Source of the DNA: Polyangiales bacterium
Lineage (GTDB): Bacteria > Myxococcota_A > Polyangia > Polyangiales > JADJQN01
Length of the DNA: 64,000 bases
Assembly: GCA_964202905.1 (NCBI GenBank)
Contig: CAXNJO010000008.1
Location: 162,099 to 226,098 of the forward strand
Direction of reading: 5' to 3'
How positions within the stretch are numbered: position 1 is the first letter of the stretch; each line of letters begins with the position of its first letter. Below are positions 7,431 through 16,656 of the stretch, one piece after another. A program made the position numbers and the translations under genes. The notes beneath the pieces were generated by a model. That model was given only the letters and a program-made list of their open reading frames with translations, searched no databases and was not told the origin of the DNA.

Positions 7431-9908
7431 TTGCGCGCCTCGACCCAGTGGCTGAGTGAGCTCGCCGGCGTGGTTGCGACGCCGGCCCAGATGGCCGAGC
7501 GTCTGACGGCGGGCGGCATCGAGGTCGAGGCGCAGCACGCCTACGGTCTCTCGCTCGACGGGGTGATCGTCGCGGAGGTCCGGGCGAAATCCCCGCATCC
7601 GCGGCGGGACAAGCTGACGGTCGTCGAGGTCTTCGACGGTGAGGCCGTACACACCGTCGTCTGCGGCGCGCCGAATGTTCCGGCCCCCGGAGGTCGGGTG
7701 CTGCTCGCGCGCGTCGGCGCCACGCTTCCCGGCGGGCTCGCGATCGCCGAACGCGACCTCGCCGGGGTCGTGTCGCGTGGGATGCTGTGCAGCGAGTCTG
7801 AGCTCGGCATCGGCACGGAATCCGGGGGGATTGTCGTCCTCGGCGCGGGCGACGCGGCCGCGCTTGGCGCGCGCGTCGATGACGCCTTCGGCCTGCGGGA
7901 CGTCGCGCTCGAGATCTCGCTCACGCCGAACCGGCCGGATTGTCTCGGGCACGTCGGGCTCGCACGCGAACTCGCCGCCCTGAGCGGCGTGCCGTTCGCG
8001 CCGCCCGTGCCCGGCACGACGTTCGCGCTCCGTGCGCTCCCGCGTGCGCACGGCGTCGTCGCCGTCGACGGCGGCGACGTCACCGTCACGATCGCGTCGC
8101 CGGAGCGCTGTCCCCGGTATGCGGCGACGCTCGTGCGTGGCGTAGAGGTCGGAGCCTCGCCGCTGCGCGTACGGGCGCGTCTCCACGTGCTCGGCGTCCG
8201 CGCGGTCTCCAACGTGGTGGACGCGACGAATCTCGCGCTCTACGAGTGGGGCCACCCGACACACGCGTTCGACCTCGAGCGCGTCCGGGGCCGGCACATC
8301 ACGGTGCGTCTCGCGGTCGATGGCGAGCGGATGCGGACGCTCGATGGCATCGAGCGCGTGCTCACGCGCGACGATCTCCTCATCTGCGACGCGGAGAGGC
8401 CGGTCGCAATCGCGGGCGTCATGGGCGGCGCCGACACGGAGATCCGCGGCACCACCCGCGACGTCCTGCTTGAGTGCGCCTGGTTCGATCCGCGCGGCGT
8501 TCGGCGTACCGCGCGGCGCCTCGGGCTGCACACCGACGCCAGCCACCGCTTCGAGCGCGGGGTCGACCCTGCGGCGGTCGCGGCGGTCGCGCGCCGTGTG
8601 ACGGAGCTCGTCCGCGGGCTCGCCGGTGGCGAGATCGGTGCGGACGCGGTCGATGTGCATCCGCACCCGCACCGCACCGTGAGCCTGCAGCTCCGAGGCG
8701 ATCGGCTGCGCGCGATCCTCGGCGATCCGGGCGCGACGCTGGCGCTCGCGGGGCCGCTGCTCGCGGGCCTCGGCTGCGCGGTTTCGGCGACCCCCGCGCC
8801 CGTCCCGGCGGGTACGGTCCTCGACGTGATTGCGCCGTCGTGGCGACCTGATCTCACTCGCGAAATCGACCTGATCGAGGAAGTCGCCCGCGTCCGCGGC
8901 TACGACCGCATCCCGACTGTCGTGCCCAACGTCCGTCCGAGCGTGACGGGAACGCCGCCGCGCGTCCGCTTCGGGCGCCGGCTCCGCGAGCACGCGGCCG
9001 CGGCGGGGCTCTTCGAGGCGATCAACTTCGCGTTCCTCGCGCCGGCGGACCTTGCGGCGAGCGCGGTGTCGCGCGATGCCGTGCCGCTCGCGAACCCCCT
9101 CTCCGAAGAGCGGTCCGTGCTGCGAACCTCGCTCGTCCCGGGGCTGCTGGCGGACGTGCGTCGCGCGCAGCGGCACCAGGTCGAGCGCATCGCGCTGTTC
9201 GAGCTCGCGCGTGTCTTCGCGCCGCAGACGGAGGGACCGCTGCCGGTCGAGCGTCGCGAGCTGGGCGTGGTGTTGTGTGGTCCCCGCGCGCGCTGGATCG
9301 GCGACGCCGATCCGCTCGACTTCTTCGATCTGAAGGGCATGGTCGGCGCGCTCGTGTCTTCAGCGTGCGGGCTGGCGGTCGAGACGGTCCTCGACGCGCG
9401 GCTCGATGCGTCGGTGGAGCACGGCGGCGCGCCCTTCCTCCATCCAAGGCGGCGCGCGCGGGTCCTCGCCGGAGGCCGCGAAGTCGGCGTCCTCGGGGAG
9501 GTCCATCCCGATGTGGTCGAGGCGGTCGGCTTGAACGGTCGGCCGCTCGTGGCCGCGCTCGACGTCGAGGCGCTCTTCGACGCGACGGAGGCCGCTGGGC
9601 TGCCGCGCGCGCGCGCGCTGCCGCGCTTTCCACACGTCACGCGGGACGTCGCGCTCGTCGTCGCCGAGTCCACCGTCTCCGGCGAGGTCGCAGCCGCGCT
9701 TCACGAGGCGGGCGAAGGTCTCGCCGAAGACGTCCATCTCTTCGACGTCTACCGCGGTGCGGGCGTGCCTGAGGGCCACAAGTCGCTCGCGTTTCGCGTC
9801 GTCTACCGCGACGCGGCGGCGACGCTCACGGACGAGCGTGTCGACCGCGCGCACGAGCGCGTGACGCGCGCCGCGCGCGAGCGCTTCGGCGGTACGCTCC
9901 GCGCCTAG
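7431..9908 (+). CDS. pheT: Phenylalanine--tRNA ligase beta subunit
   Basis: VVCGAPNV, GMLCSESELG, LTPNRPDCL, RFERGVD, DLIEEVARVRGY, FDVYRG motifs. Confidence 0.98.
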   Translation: MRASTQWLSELAGVVATPAQMAERLTAGGIEVEAQHAYGLSLDGVIVAEVRAKSPHPRRDKLTVVEVFDGEAVHTVVCGAPNVPAPGGRVLLARVGATLPGGLAIAERDLAGVVSRGMLCSESELGIGTESGGIVVLGAGDAAALGARVDDAFGLRDVALEISLTPNRPDCLGHVGLARELAALSGVPFAPPVPGTTFALRALPRAHGVVAVDGGDVTVTIASPERCPRYAATLVRGVEVGASPLRVRARLHVLGVRAVSNVVDATNLALYEWGHPTHAFDLERVRGRHITVRLAVDGERMRTLDGIERVLTRDDLLICDAERPVAIAGVMGGADTEIRGTTRDVLLECAWFDPRGVRRTARRLGLHTDASHRFERGVDPAAVAAVARRVTELVRGLAGGEIGADAVDVHPHPHRTVSLQLRGDRLRAILGDPGATLALAGPLLAGLGCAVSATPAPVPAGTVLDVIAPSWRPDLTREIDLIEEVARVRGYDRIPTVVPNVRPSVTGTPPRVRFGRRLREHAAAAGLFEAINFAFLAPADLAASAVSRDAVPLANPLSEERSVLRTSLVPGLLADVRRAQRHQVERIALFELARVFAPQTEGPLPVERRELGVVLCGPRARWIGDADPLDFFDLKGMVGALVSSACGLAVETVLDARLDASVEHGGAPFLHPRRRARVLAGGREVGVLGEVHPDVVEAVGLNGRPLVAALDVEALFDATEAAGLPRARALPRFPHVTRDVALVVAESTVSGEVAAALHEAGEGLAEDVHLFDVYRGAGVPEGHKSLAFRVVYRDAAATLTDERVDRAHERVTRAARERFGGTLRA

Positions 9909-10137
9909 CTCCCCAGTGCGCGAGCGGCGCCTGCGAGGACCCCGCGCCGGGCACCGGGAATCGGCAGACGGGCGCTGCACGGCTCGCGTGGCGCCCCCGG
10001 AGCGCGCGGTTGGGGGGCGGAAGTCCTGGTCCCGCCGGGCGGCGCGGGGGCGAGGCGCGCTGCGGTTGAGTCCGAGCCGCAATCGTGATTGTATCCGAGG
10101 GCTTGCCGAACGTGACGGATGCGTGGAGGAGTACGCG

Positions 10138-10476
10138 ATGACGAAGGCGGAGATCATCGACAGCGTCTACGAGCAGGTCGGGGGCTTCTCGAAGAAGGAG
10201 TGCTCCGAGGCCGTCGAGGCCGTCTTCGACGTGATGAAGGAAGTCCTCGAGGACGGCAAGAAGATCAAGATCTCCGGCTTCGGAAACTTCGTCGTGCGCG
10301 CCAAGAAGGAGCGCATGGGACGCAATCCGCAGACCGGCTCGCCCATCCCGATCAGCGCGCGCCGCGTACTCACGTTCAAGCCGAGCCAGGTACTCAAGAG
10401 CGTGCTCAATCCCCACAAGGCGGGTGTGCCGCTCGGGCAGGGCGGCTCGCGTGGCGGCGGGTTCCCGGCGACCTGA
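10138..10476 (+). CDS. ihfA: Integration host factor alpha subunit
   Basis: MTKAEI...KISGFGNF..KKERMGRNPQTG..ISARRVLTFKPSQVLK; follows pheT. Confidence 0.95.
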   Translation: MTKAEIIDSVYEQVGGFSKKECSEAVEAVFDVMKEVLEDGKKIKISGFGNFVVRAKKERMGRNPQTGSPIPISARRVLTFKPSQVLKSVLNPHKAGVPLGQGGSRGGGFPAT

Positions 10477-10692
10477 GCGCGCGGGGCGCGGACGTCGCGG
10501 ACCAGGTCTGAGTCACCAAGGGAGCGCGTCGCGCATCGCCCCGACGAGGGGCCCTGCGGGAGGCGCGCCCACGCCGGGCGCTCGTGGCTCGATACGTCGC
10601 GGATGCGTGTGCCTCACGGTCGGCTTGGGGGCAGGGCGCGTGTCGCACCGTGGGTTCGAAGAGGCGACGTTCGCCGTCGTCGAGGGAGTCCC

Positions 10693-11238
10693 ATGTCGCT
10701 GCGCAAGCCCCTGTCGGACAAGCTTTTCTTCAAGATCGGCGAGGTCGTCGCGATCGTGGGAGTCAAGGCGCCCGTGCTCCGCGCCTGGGAGGGGGAGTTC
10801 CAGGTTCTTCGCCCGTTGAAGACGCGCGGCGCGCACCGCGTGTACCGACGTCGGGACGTGGAGCTCGCCATGCTCATCCGACGGCTCCTGCACGACGAGG
10901 GCTTCACGATGGCTGGCGCCCGCAAGCGCCTCCGCGAGCTCGGGCACGCGCGGGACGAGAGCGGCGAAGGGCGCGGCGCCGCGCGTGAGGTGCTGCTGCG
11001 CGCGGAGCTGATCGCGCTGCGCGAGGAGTTCGCGACGCTCCTCGGGCAACTCGACGCGATCGTCGCGCCACCCGCGCCGGGCGAGGTGCCGACGCGCGTC
11101 GTGGTGCATGGGGCGACGCCCCGCGCCGCGCATCCGGCCAGCCGTTCGTCCGCCATTCCGGGCGTCTCCTCGGCCGCGACGGTCGTGCCGGCGCCGCATC
11201 CCGCGTCATCGACCCGGCGGGGCCCGACGCAAGGATGA
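10693..11238 (+). CDS. MerR-family HTH regulator
   Basis: [52 protein letters not shown]; conserved position after ihfA. Confidence 0.9.
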   Translation: MSLRKPLSDKLFFKIGEVVAIVGVKAPVLRAWEGEFQVLRPLKTRGAHRVYRRRDVELAMLIRRLLHDEGFTMAGARKRLRELGHARDESGEGRGAAREVLLRAELIALREEFATLLGQLDAIVAPPAPGEVPTRVVVHGATPRAAHPASRSSAIPGVSSAATVVPAPHPASSTRRGPTQG

Positions 11239-11318
11239 GAAGCCTGCGCGCGATTCATCGTTGCGGGCAGGCCGGAACCGTGTATCTTCCGCCTCCCCTT
11301 CGCGGGGGACGTGATCAT

Positions 11319-11396
11319 CGGGGCGTAGCGCAGCCTGGTTAGCGCACCAGACTGGGGGTCTGGGGGTCGCTGGTTCGAATCCAGTCGCCCCGACCA
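11319..11396 (+). tRNA. tRNA-Pro(GGG)
   Basis: CGGGGCG/CGCCCCG acceptor, CCAGA-CTGGGGG-TCTGG anticodon arm, GGTTCGAATCC, CCA. Confidence 0.97.
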
Positions 11397-11400
11397 CGTG

Positions 11401-11438
11401 AGGGGCCGCAAGCCGAGAGGCTCGCGGCCCTTCCTATT
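11401..11438 (+). terminator. stem-loop (probable intrinsic terminator) after tRNA-Pro
   Basis: GGGGCCGCAAGCC-GAGA-GGCTCGCGGCCCT hairpin followed by TCCTATT. Confidence 0.65.
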
Positions 11439-11439
11439 G

Positions 11440-11540
11440 GTGCGCCCAGCATGGGCGCGATGTTGCGTGTGGTGCGCCCAGCATGGGCGCGATCCTGCGG
11501 GTGCAAGTCCTGCCGAGAGGAGACCATCCTGATCGAAGCG
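11440..11540 (+). mobile_element. Two tandem 5'-end remnants of a group IIC intron
   Basis: GTGCGCCCAGCATGGGCGCGAT at 11440 and 11472; the second continues CCTGCGGGTGCAAGTCCTGC, like the IIC domain I start; directly after a terminator hairpin; no RT ORF; 3' limit approximate. Confidence 0.7.
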
Positions 11541-11652
11541 CGCCGCAACTGCGGAAGGGCGACCGATCTTGGGGAGGAAGCGGGGAGCGAAACCGCGGGC
11601 CGAACGGGGCCCGGCCCGGCGCGGGCGGGTTCGCGTGGTACACCTGCGCGCG

Positions 11653-12444
11653 ATGAACGACCGCCCGCTGGTGCTGCTCTCGAACGACGATGGGGTCCAG
11701 GCCGCGGGGATCCGTGCTCTCGCCGAGGCGCTGCGGGCCGTCGCCGACGTCGTCGTGTGCGCGCCGGAAGGAGAGCAGAGCGCGCAGTCGCATGCGCTGA
11801 CGCTCTCGCGGCCGCTGCGCCACCGCGTGCTCGGTGACGGGGTCCACGCCGTCGACGGCTCGCCGGCGGACTGCATCTACGTGGCGCTCCACCACGCCCC
11901 GATCCTCGCGCGGCGTCCGGACGTGGTCGCGAGCGGCCTCAACCACGGCGTCAACCTCGGGTCGGATGTCTTCTACTCGGGGACGGTCGCGGCCGCGCGG
12001 GAGGGGGCGCTGCGAGGGATTCCGTCGATCGCGTTCTCGCTCGAGACCGGTGGGGATCGCGCCGCGTCGTCGGCGCTTGCCGCGCAGATGGTGCTCCGCC
12101 TCGCCGAGGCCTCGCGCAGCGCGCCCACGCCGGACGGCGTCACGCCGCTCCTCAACGTGAACTTCCCGCTCGTGTCGCCGCGGGGCGTGCGCACGACGCG
12201 CCTCGGGCGGCGACTCTACGCGGACGAGGTCGTCGTCCGCCACGACCCGCGCGGTCGCGAGTATTTCTGGATCGGCGGGCCCGGGGGCGCGCGTCACGAG
12301 CCCGTCGACGCGAGCGACACGGAGGCGATCGACGCGGGCTACGTCTCGGTGACGCCGCTGCTGATCGAGGCGACGGCGGCCCACCACCTCGGTCTCGCGG
12401 CCTTCGTCGTCGGGCCGGCGGACGCCGCGGAGCCCGCGCGATGA
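11653..12444 (+). CDS. surE: 5'/3'-nucleotidase SurE
   Basis: LLSNDDG, EQSAQSHALT, DGSPADC, SGLNHGVNLGSDVFYSGTVAAAREG. Confidence 0.97.
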   Translation: MNDRPLVLLSNDDGVQAAGIRALAEALRAVADVVVCAPEGEQSAQSHALTLSRPLRHRVLGDGVHAVDGSPADCIYVALHHAPILARRPDVVASGLNHGVNLGSDVFYSGTVAAAREGALRGIPSIAFSLETGGDRAASSALAAQMVLRLAEASRSAPTPDGVTPLLNVNFPLVSPRGVRTTRLGRRLYADEVVVRHDPRGREYFWIGGPGGARHEPVDASDTEAIDAGYVSVTPLLIEATAAHHLGLAAFVVGPADAAEPAR

Positions 12445-12977
12445 GCGACCTCGATCCGCGCCTCGCCCTGCTGCGCGGGCTCATCCGCGACGTCCCCGAC
12501 TTCCCGAAGCCGGGCATCCTCTTCAAAGACATCACGCCGCTGCTCGCAGACCCGCGTGGCCTCGCGACCGCGGTCGCGCTCATCGCGGAGCGCTTCGACG
12601 ACGCGCGCATCGACACCGTCGTCGGCATCGAATCGCGTGGTTTTCTGTTCGCGGCCCCGCTCGCGGTGCGTCTTGGGGCGGGCTTCGTCCCGGCGCGTAA
12701 ACCGGGCAAACTCCCAAGTCGCGCCGACCGCGTGGCGTACGCGCTCGAGTACGGGTCGGACGCGCTCGAGCTCCACAGCGACGCGATCCACCGCGGCGCG
12801 CGTGTGTTGATCGTCGACGACGTCATCGCGACCGGTGGGACCGCGTGGGCGGCGGCGGAACTCGTGCGCCGGCAGGGCGGCGTGCTGTGCGGGGCGGCGT
12901 TCCTCCTCGAGCTCGGCTTCCTCGGTGGGCGTGCACGACTCGCACCCGTCGAGACCAGCGCGCTGCTCACTTATTGA
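12441..12977 (+). CDS. apt: Adenine phosphoribosyltransferase
   Basis: PDFPKPGILFKDITPLL, GIESRGF, RKPGKLP, LIVDDVIATGGT. Confidence 0.98.
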   Translation: MSDLDPRLALLRGLIRDVPDFPKPGILFKDITPLLADPRGLATAVALIAERFDDARIDTVVGIESRGFLFAAPLAVRLGAGFVPARKPGKLPSRADRVAYALEYGSDALELHSDAIHRGARVLIVDDVIATGGTAWAAAELVRRQGGVLCGAAFLLELGFLGGRARLAPVETSALLTY

Positions 12978-13069
12978 AGCCCTTCCATGAGCGCGCGCCT
13001 CGCGCGTCGCCGAGGCTGCGCGCGTCGCGTGCGTCGTGCTACACCGCGCGCGCCGGCGATGGTCGGCTG

Positions 13070-13142
13070 GCTCCCGTAGCTCAGGGGATAGAGCAGCGGT
13101 TTCCTAAACCGTTGGCCGCACGTTCGATTCGTGCCGGGAGCG
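13070..13142 (+). tRNA. tRNA-Arg(CCT), integration site (CCA not encoded)
   Basis: GCTCCCG/CGGGAGC acceptor, GCGGT-TTCCTAA-ACCGT anticodon arm, GCACG-TTCGATT-CGTGC T arm. Confidence 0.95.
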
Positions 13143-13144
13143 CC
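13101..13144 (+). repeat. attL core (3' part of tRNA-Arg)
   Basis: TTCCTAAACCGTTGGCCGCACGTTCGATTCGTGCCGGGAGCGCC, identical to 20062-20105. Confidence 0.95.
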
Positions 13145-13171
13145 GTAAAAAATAAGGCGAAGCGCGGGCCG

Positions 13172-14347
13172 CTACCGCCGCGTCCTCGAGGTGCCGCGAG
13201 CCTGTGTGGGCAAAGGCGGAGCAAGGTCGATCACCCGTTCACGCGTGACGACTTGCGGTGCGCTCGCGGCGACGAGGAAGGCGCGCGTATCCTCGACCTC
13301 GACGTGGGCGTAGCGTGCGGACGTTTGGATGTTGGCGTGCCCGAGGACCTTCGCCACCGTGTCGAGGCCGCCACCGGCGCGACGAATCATGGTCGCCGCG
13401 TGGTGCCGGAGGTCGTGAGCGCGGAGGTCGGCGAGGCCGTGCGCCTTCGCGAAGATTGCCCACGCCTTGCTCGCGAGGTCCCGGCGGCGCTGTTCCTCTG
13501 TGCGCTTCAACTCTTCGATGCGTGCCGCGCGACGAGGAATCGGGAACACGAAGGCGTCGGGCTCCCCGACGTGGAGCGCGTCGAGGACGTCGGCCAGGAC
13601 CGGGACGATGGCGACCTCCCGCGTGCGATGCGTCTTGGTCCGCGTGAAGCGCACGACCTCGGCCGAGCGGTCGACGTCACGCCAGCGGAGGGACGTGATC
13701 TCGCCGAGCCGAGCGCCGGTGAACTTGCACGCCAGCGCGACCGGACGGAGCCAGCCCTTGAGCTTCGCGGACACGAGGGCCTCTTCCTCGGGTGACAAGT
13801 AGCGCACGCGACCCTCGGGCTCGCGAAGGCTCTTGAGCTCGCGGAGCGTGGCGGCGGTGCTTCGCTCCATGAGTCCCTCCCGCGCAGCCCACGCCGCGAA
13901 GGTCTTGAGCGTGGAGACGTGGCGATTCACCGTCGCCGGCGACCGCCCGCTCGCACGCATCGACGCCTTGAAGCGTTCGACGTCGAAGGGCGCGAGGGAC
14001 GCCAGCGCCTTGTGCTCGCCGAGGAAGCCACGCAACGCCTTCCCGTGCGCCTCACGGTCGCGGACGGTCTTGATCCCGTGCGTCGCGCAATGGGCGAGCC
14101 AGCGGTCGAACGTCGCGCCGAGCGTTGCGGGGGGCGCACGAAGCGGATCGAACGAACCGTCGACGATCTCCGCGAGGAAGGCCTGTGCGCGCCGCTTCGC
14201 GGCTGCGGTCGTCGTGCCTCTGGGTAGACGCTCGCGGAAGCGCTTGTGCTCGCCCGTGCGGACGTCTTGCCACCGAAGGTCGATATGGAAGGTCCCCTCG
14301 GCCGAGCGAAACAGTCCACGCACGCCGTATCGCGTGGGGCGAGACAT
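13172..14347 (-). CDS. Tyrosine recombinase / phage integrase
   Basis: TGARLGEITSLRW (R), RTKT (K), HDLRH, LGHANIQTSARYAH (H, Y); ATG at 14347 with a GGAGGT RBS. Confidence 0.97.
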   Translation of the reverse strand: MSRPTRYGVRGLFRSAEGTFHIDLRWQDVRTGEHKRFRERLPRGTTTAAAKRRAQAFLAEIVDGSFDPLRAPPATLGATFDRWLAHCATHGIKTVRDREAHGKALRGFLGEHKALASLAPFDVERFKASMRASGRSPATVNRHVSTLKTFAAWAAREGLMERSTAATLRELKSLREPEGRVRYLSPEEEALVSAKLKGWLRPVALACKFTGARLGEITSLRWRDVDRSAEVVRFTRTKTHRTREVAIVPVLADVLDALHVGEPDAFVFPIPRRAARIEELKRTEEQRRRDLASKAWAIFAKAHGLADLRAHDLRHHAATMIRRAGGGLDTVAKVLGHANIQTSARYAHVEVEDTRAFLVAASAPQVVTRERVIDLAPPLPTQARGTSRTRR

Positions 14348-14535
14348 CACGCACCTCCGCGAGCGCGACGAGCCTTCGCGAGCGCGACCTCTCGAACCCA
14401 CGTCGAGAGCTCCACGTCGCCAGCGCCCCCGAGCAACGTGCGTCGCTCGTCGGCGGAAACGCGAATCTCGAGCCGCTCCGAGCGGCGGTCCTGCGCAGGG
14501 ATGGGAGGCCGACCGGGCTTGCGTTGTGTTGCCAT
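14347..14535 (-). CDS. Small DNA-binding protein (ribbon-helix-helix/MobC-like), putative repressor
   Basis: 62 aa, GRPP..RSERLEIRVSADERRTL...LSTWVREVAL; TGATG coupling to the integrase. Confidence 0.65.
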   Translation of the reverse strand: MATQRKPGRPPIPAQDRRSERLEIRVSADERRTLLGGAGDVELSTWVREVALAKARRARGGA

Positions 14536-14543
14536 CGTGCGAG

Positions 14544-14572
14544 ATTGTGTCCGGACACGGAGCGCACGTCAA
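14544..14572 (-). promoter_or_regulatory. Promoter for the repressor-integrase unit with an overlapping 12-bp palindrome
   Basis: Minus strand TTGACG-N17-CACAAT, 8 nt before the ATG; GTGTCCGGACAC at 14547-14558. Confidence 0.6.
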
Positions 14573-14652
14573 GAGAGGCGGCGTGCGGCCGTGTAAAGCT
14601 AACGGCGCACGCCTGAAATAGACCCGCCCGCGACGCGCGAACGTCCGGGCGG

Positions 14653-15411
14653 ATGGTCACCCCGAGCCCCCGGAGCGACATGGCCAACGTAAAGCCCGGC
14701 CGCGCGAAAGACAACGCGCGAGCCAACGTCGACGTGCCGAAGCGCAAGAGCGCGAAGGCCACGGCGACGCCTGCGAACACACGCCCCACGAGCGCGTCCG
14801 ACGTATGGGCCGCGATGGAGACGCTGCTAGGCCATCGGCGAGTGCTGAATCTTCAAAGCAAGACAGCCGGGAAGAGGCTTCGAGGCGTCGAATCAGGACA
14901 GGTCCCGGCGGCGGAACGGGCGTATTGGACCCGAGCACAAGGGGAAGCCGACGATGCGTTGCGCGACCTTGACGACGCCGTGCACAAGGCGTCGGCCCGT
15001 GTGGATGGGCTCGTCGACCTCGCGAGGAACAACGTCAACGCAGCGTCGTCGTCGTGGGTCCCGCCGCAACGCGAGGAAACTCTCCATCTCTTCGACGAGG
15101 CTCGAGGTGCGGTCGACGCGCGAATCAAGACGCGGAAACGCTCCCCGGCAAGCGACGAAGGAAGAGAGGAGGCGTTGCGATCCGTCGTCGCCCTCGGGCT
15201 TCGCCTCGACGTGAACTTCGACCGGGAAGGCAGGGATGCGTCGGCGCTACGCGAACAATTGGAGCGGCTATGCGGCGACCCGCCCGAGAGCACAAAGCAC
15301 GGCCGGGCGGCGCTGATCGTTGAAAGGCTCACCCGGGCACCCCTCGACACACTCGAGCGATGGCGGCGACGCCTGCGAAAATCAGGCTCGTCGACGCTTC
15401 CCCGACACTGA
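14653..15411 (+). CDS. Hypothetical protein (satellite)
   Basis: 252-aa ORF divergent from the repressor; no recognisable motif; start uncertain (14653 or 14680). Confidence 0.55.
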   Translation: MVTPSPRSDMANVKPGRAKDNARANVDVPKRKSAKATATPANTRPTSASDVWAAMETLLGHRRVLNLQSKTAGKRLRGVESGQVPAAERAYWTRAQGEADDALRDLDDAVHKASARVDGLVDLARNNVNAASSSWVPPQREETLHLFDEARGAVDARIKTRKRSPASDEGREEALRSVVALGLRLDVNFDREGRDASALREQLERLCGDPPESTKHGRAALIVERLTRAPLDTLERWRRRLRKSGSSTLPRH

Positions 15412-15499
15412 TCGAAGAAGTGTCGGGGGAATCGCTCGCCGCCCATCCGTAGACATGGCCCTGCGACGCCACCGATGGCGGTCGTCAAGGAGCCCCAAC

Positions 15500-15799
15500 A
15501 TGGACCGTTCATCCCGTTTCAATTCGCGGAGCGAAGAGTCGCGCGCGTTCTACACGGCTCGCCCCGAAGGCGACCTCTCGACGCGCAAGGTTGCCCCCAA
15601 GCTGTTGACACTCGACGAGGCGGCCGATGCCGCACGAGCTCCCGTGCGGAGCGTGCGGTCGTGGATCGCCGATGGTCGCTTGAAGGCGAACCGGGCAGCG
15701 CGTCGCGTGCTCGTGCGTCGCGCCGACCTCGCCGTGTTCCTCGGCGTCGACGTCTCCGACCTCGAGGTGTCGCGCGTCCGTGAAGGGGGCGAGCCGTGA
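15500..15799 (+). CDS. Excisionase/AlpA-like HTH protein
   Basis: LLTLDEAADAARAPVRSVRSWIADGRLKA..RVLVRRADL; AGGAG RBS before ATG 15500. Confidence 0.8.
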   Translation: MDRSSRFNSRSEESRAFYTARPEGDLSTRKVAPKLLTLDEAADAARAPVRSVRSWIADGRLKANRAARRVLVRRADLAVFLGVDVSDLEVSRVREGGEP

Positions 15800-16656
15800 G
15801 CGCCCTCGACGTGGCGTGCGGGTTCGCCGCGCGCGGAATACCGACCTTCCCGTGCACGCAACACAAGCGGCCGCTCACCGTTCACGGCTTCCATGACGCG
15901 AGCACGGACCCCTCGACGCACGCCGCTTGGTTCGAGCGCTGGCCGGGCGCGAATCTCGCGATCCCCACGGGCACGCGGAGCGGCGTGCTCGTCGTCGACC
16001 TCGACGTGAAGGAAGGCCGCGACGGTCGCGCCACGCTCGCCGGCCTCGAGGACCGCTTCGGCACGTTGCCCGCAACGCTCGTCGTCGAGACACCATCGGG
16101 CGGCGAGCATCGTTGGTTCGTGATGCCCGACGTCCCGATCCGAAACTCGGCGGGCCGTCTCGCGGGCGAGGACGTGCCGGGCTTCGACGTGCGCGGCGAG
16201 GGCGGCTACGTGCTCGTCCCGCCGAGCCGCATCGAAGGGCGCGCCTACGCATGGCGGGAACGTCGACGACCGGCCGAGCTTCCGCGCGCGTGGATCGACG
16301 TCCTCGCACCGCGGGTGCGTGAGGTGACGACCGCGCCCGCTTGGACGCCAAGCGAAAGGCGTGAGCGGGCAGCGGCCGGGCGCTATTCGGCGGCCGCGTT
16401 GCAGCGCGAGGCCCGTGAGCTCGCGGGGACACCGAAGGGGGCGCGCAACGACCGGCTATGGCGCGCCGCCGCTGCTCTTGGCGGGCTCGTGCGCCTCGGC
16501 GGGATCGACGTCGCCGACATACGCACGGCCCTCGCGTGGGCGTGCCGTCAATGGCGCGACCGTGACGACGTGAAGGACGCCGCGACCATCGACCGCGCGC
16601 TCCGCTTCGGCCTCGCGAATCCGCGGACCGTCGACCTCTCGCGGAGGGCGGCATGA
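15796..16656 (+). CDS. Bifunctional DNA primase/polymerase (Prim-Pol)
   Basis: FPC..KRPLTVHGFHDAST, ANLAIPTG, VVDLD, TPSGGEH, DVRGEGGYVLVPPS; C-terminal GARNDRL. Confidence 0.92.
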   Translation: MSALDVACGFAARGIPTFPCTQHKRPLTVHGFHDASTDPSTHAAWFERWPGANLAIPTGTRSGVLVVDLDVKEGRDGRATLAGLEDRFGTLPATLVVETPSGGEHRWFVMPDVPIRNSAGRLAGEDVPGFDVRGEGGYVLVPPSRIEGRAYAWRERRRPAELPRAWIDVLAPRVREVTTAPAWTPSERRERAAAGRYSAAALQREARELAGTPKGARNDRLWRAAAALGGLVRLGGIDVADIRTALAWACRQWRDRDDVKDAATIDRALRFGLANPRTVDLSRRAA

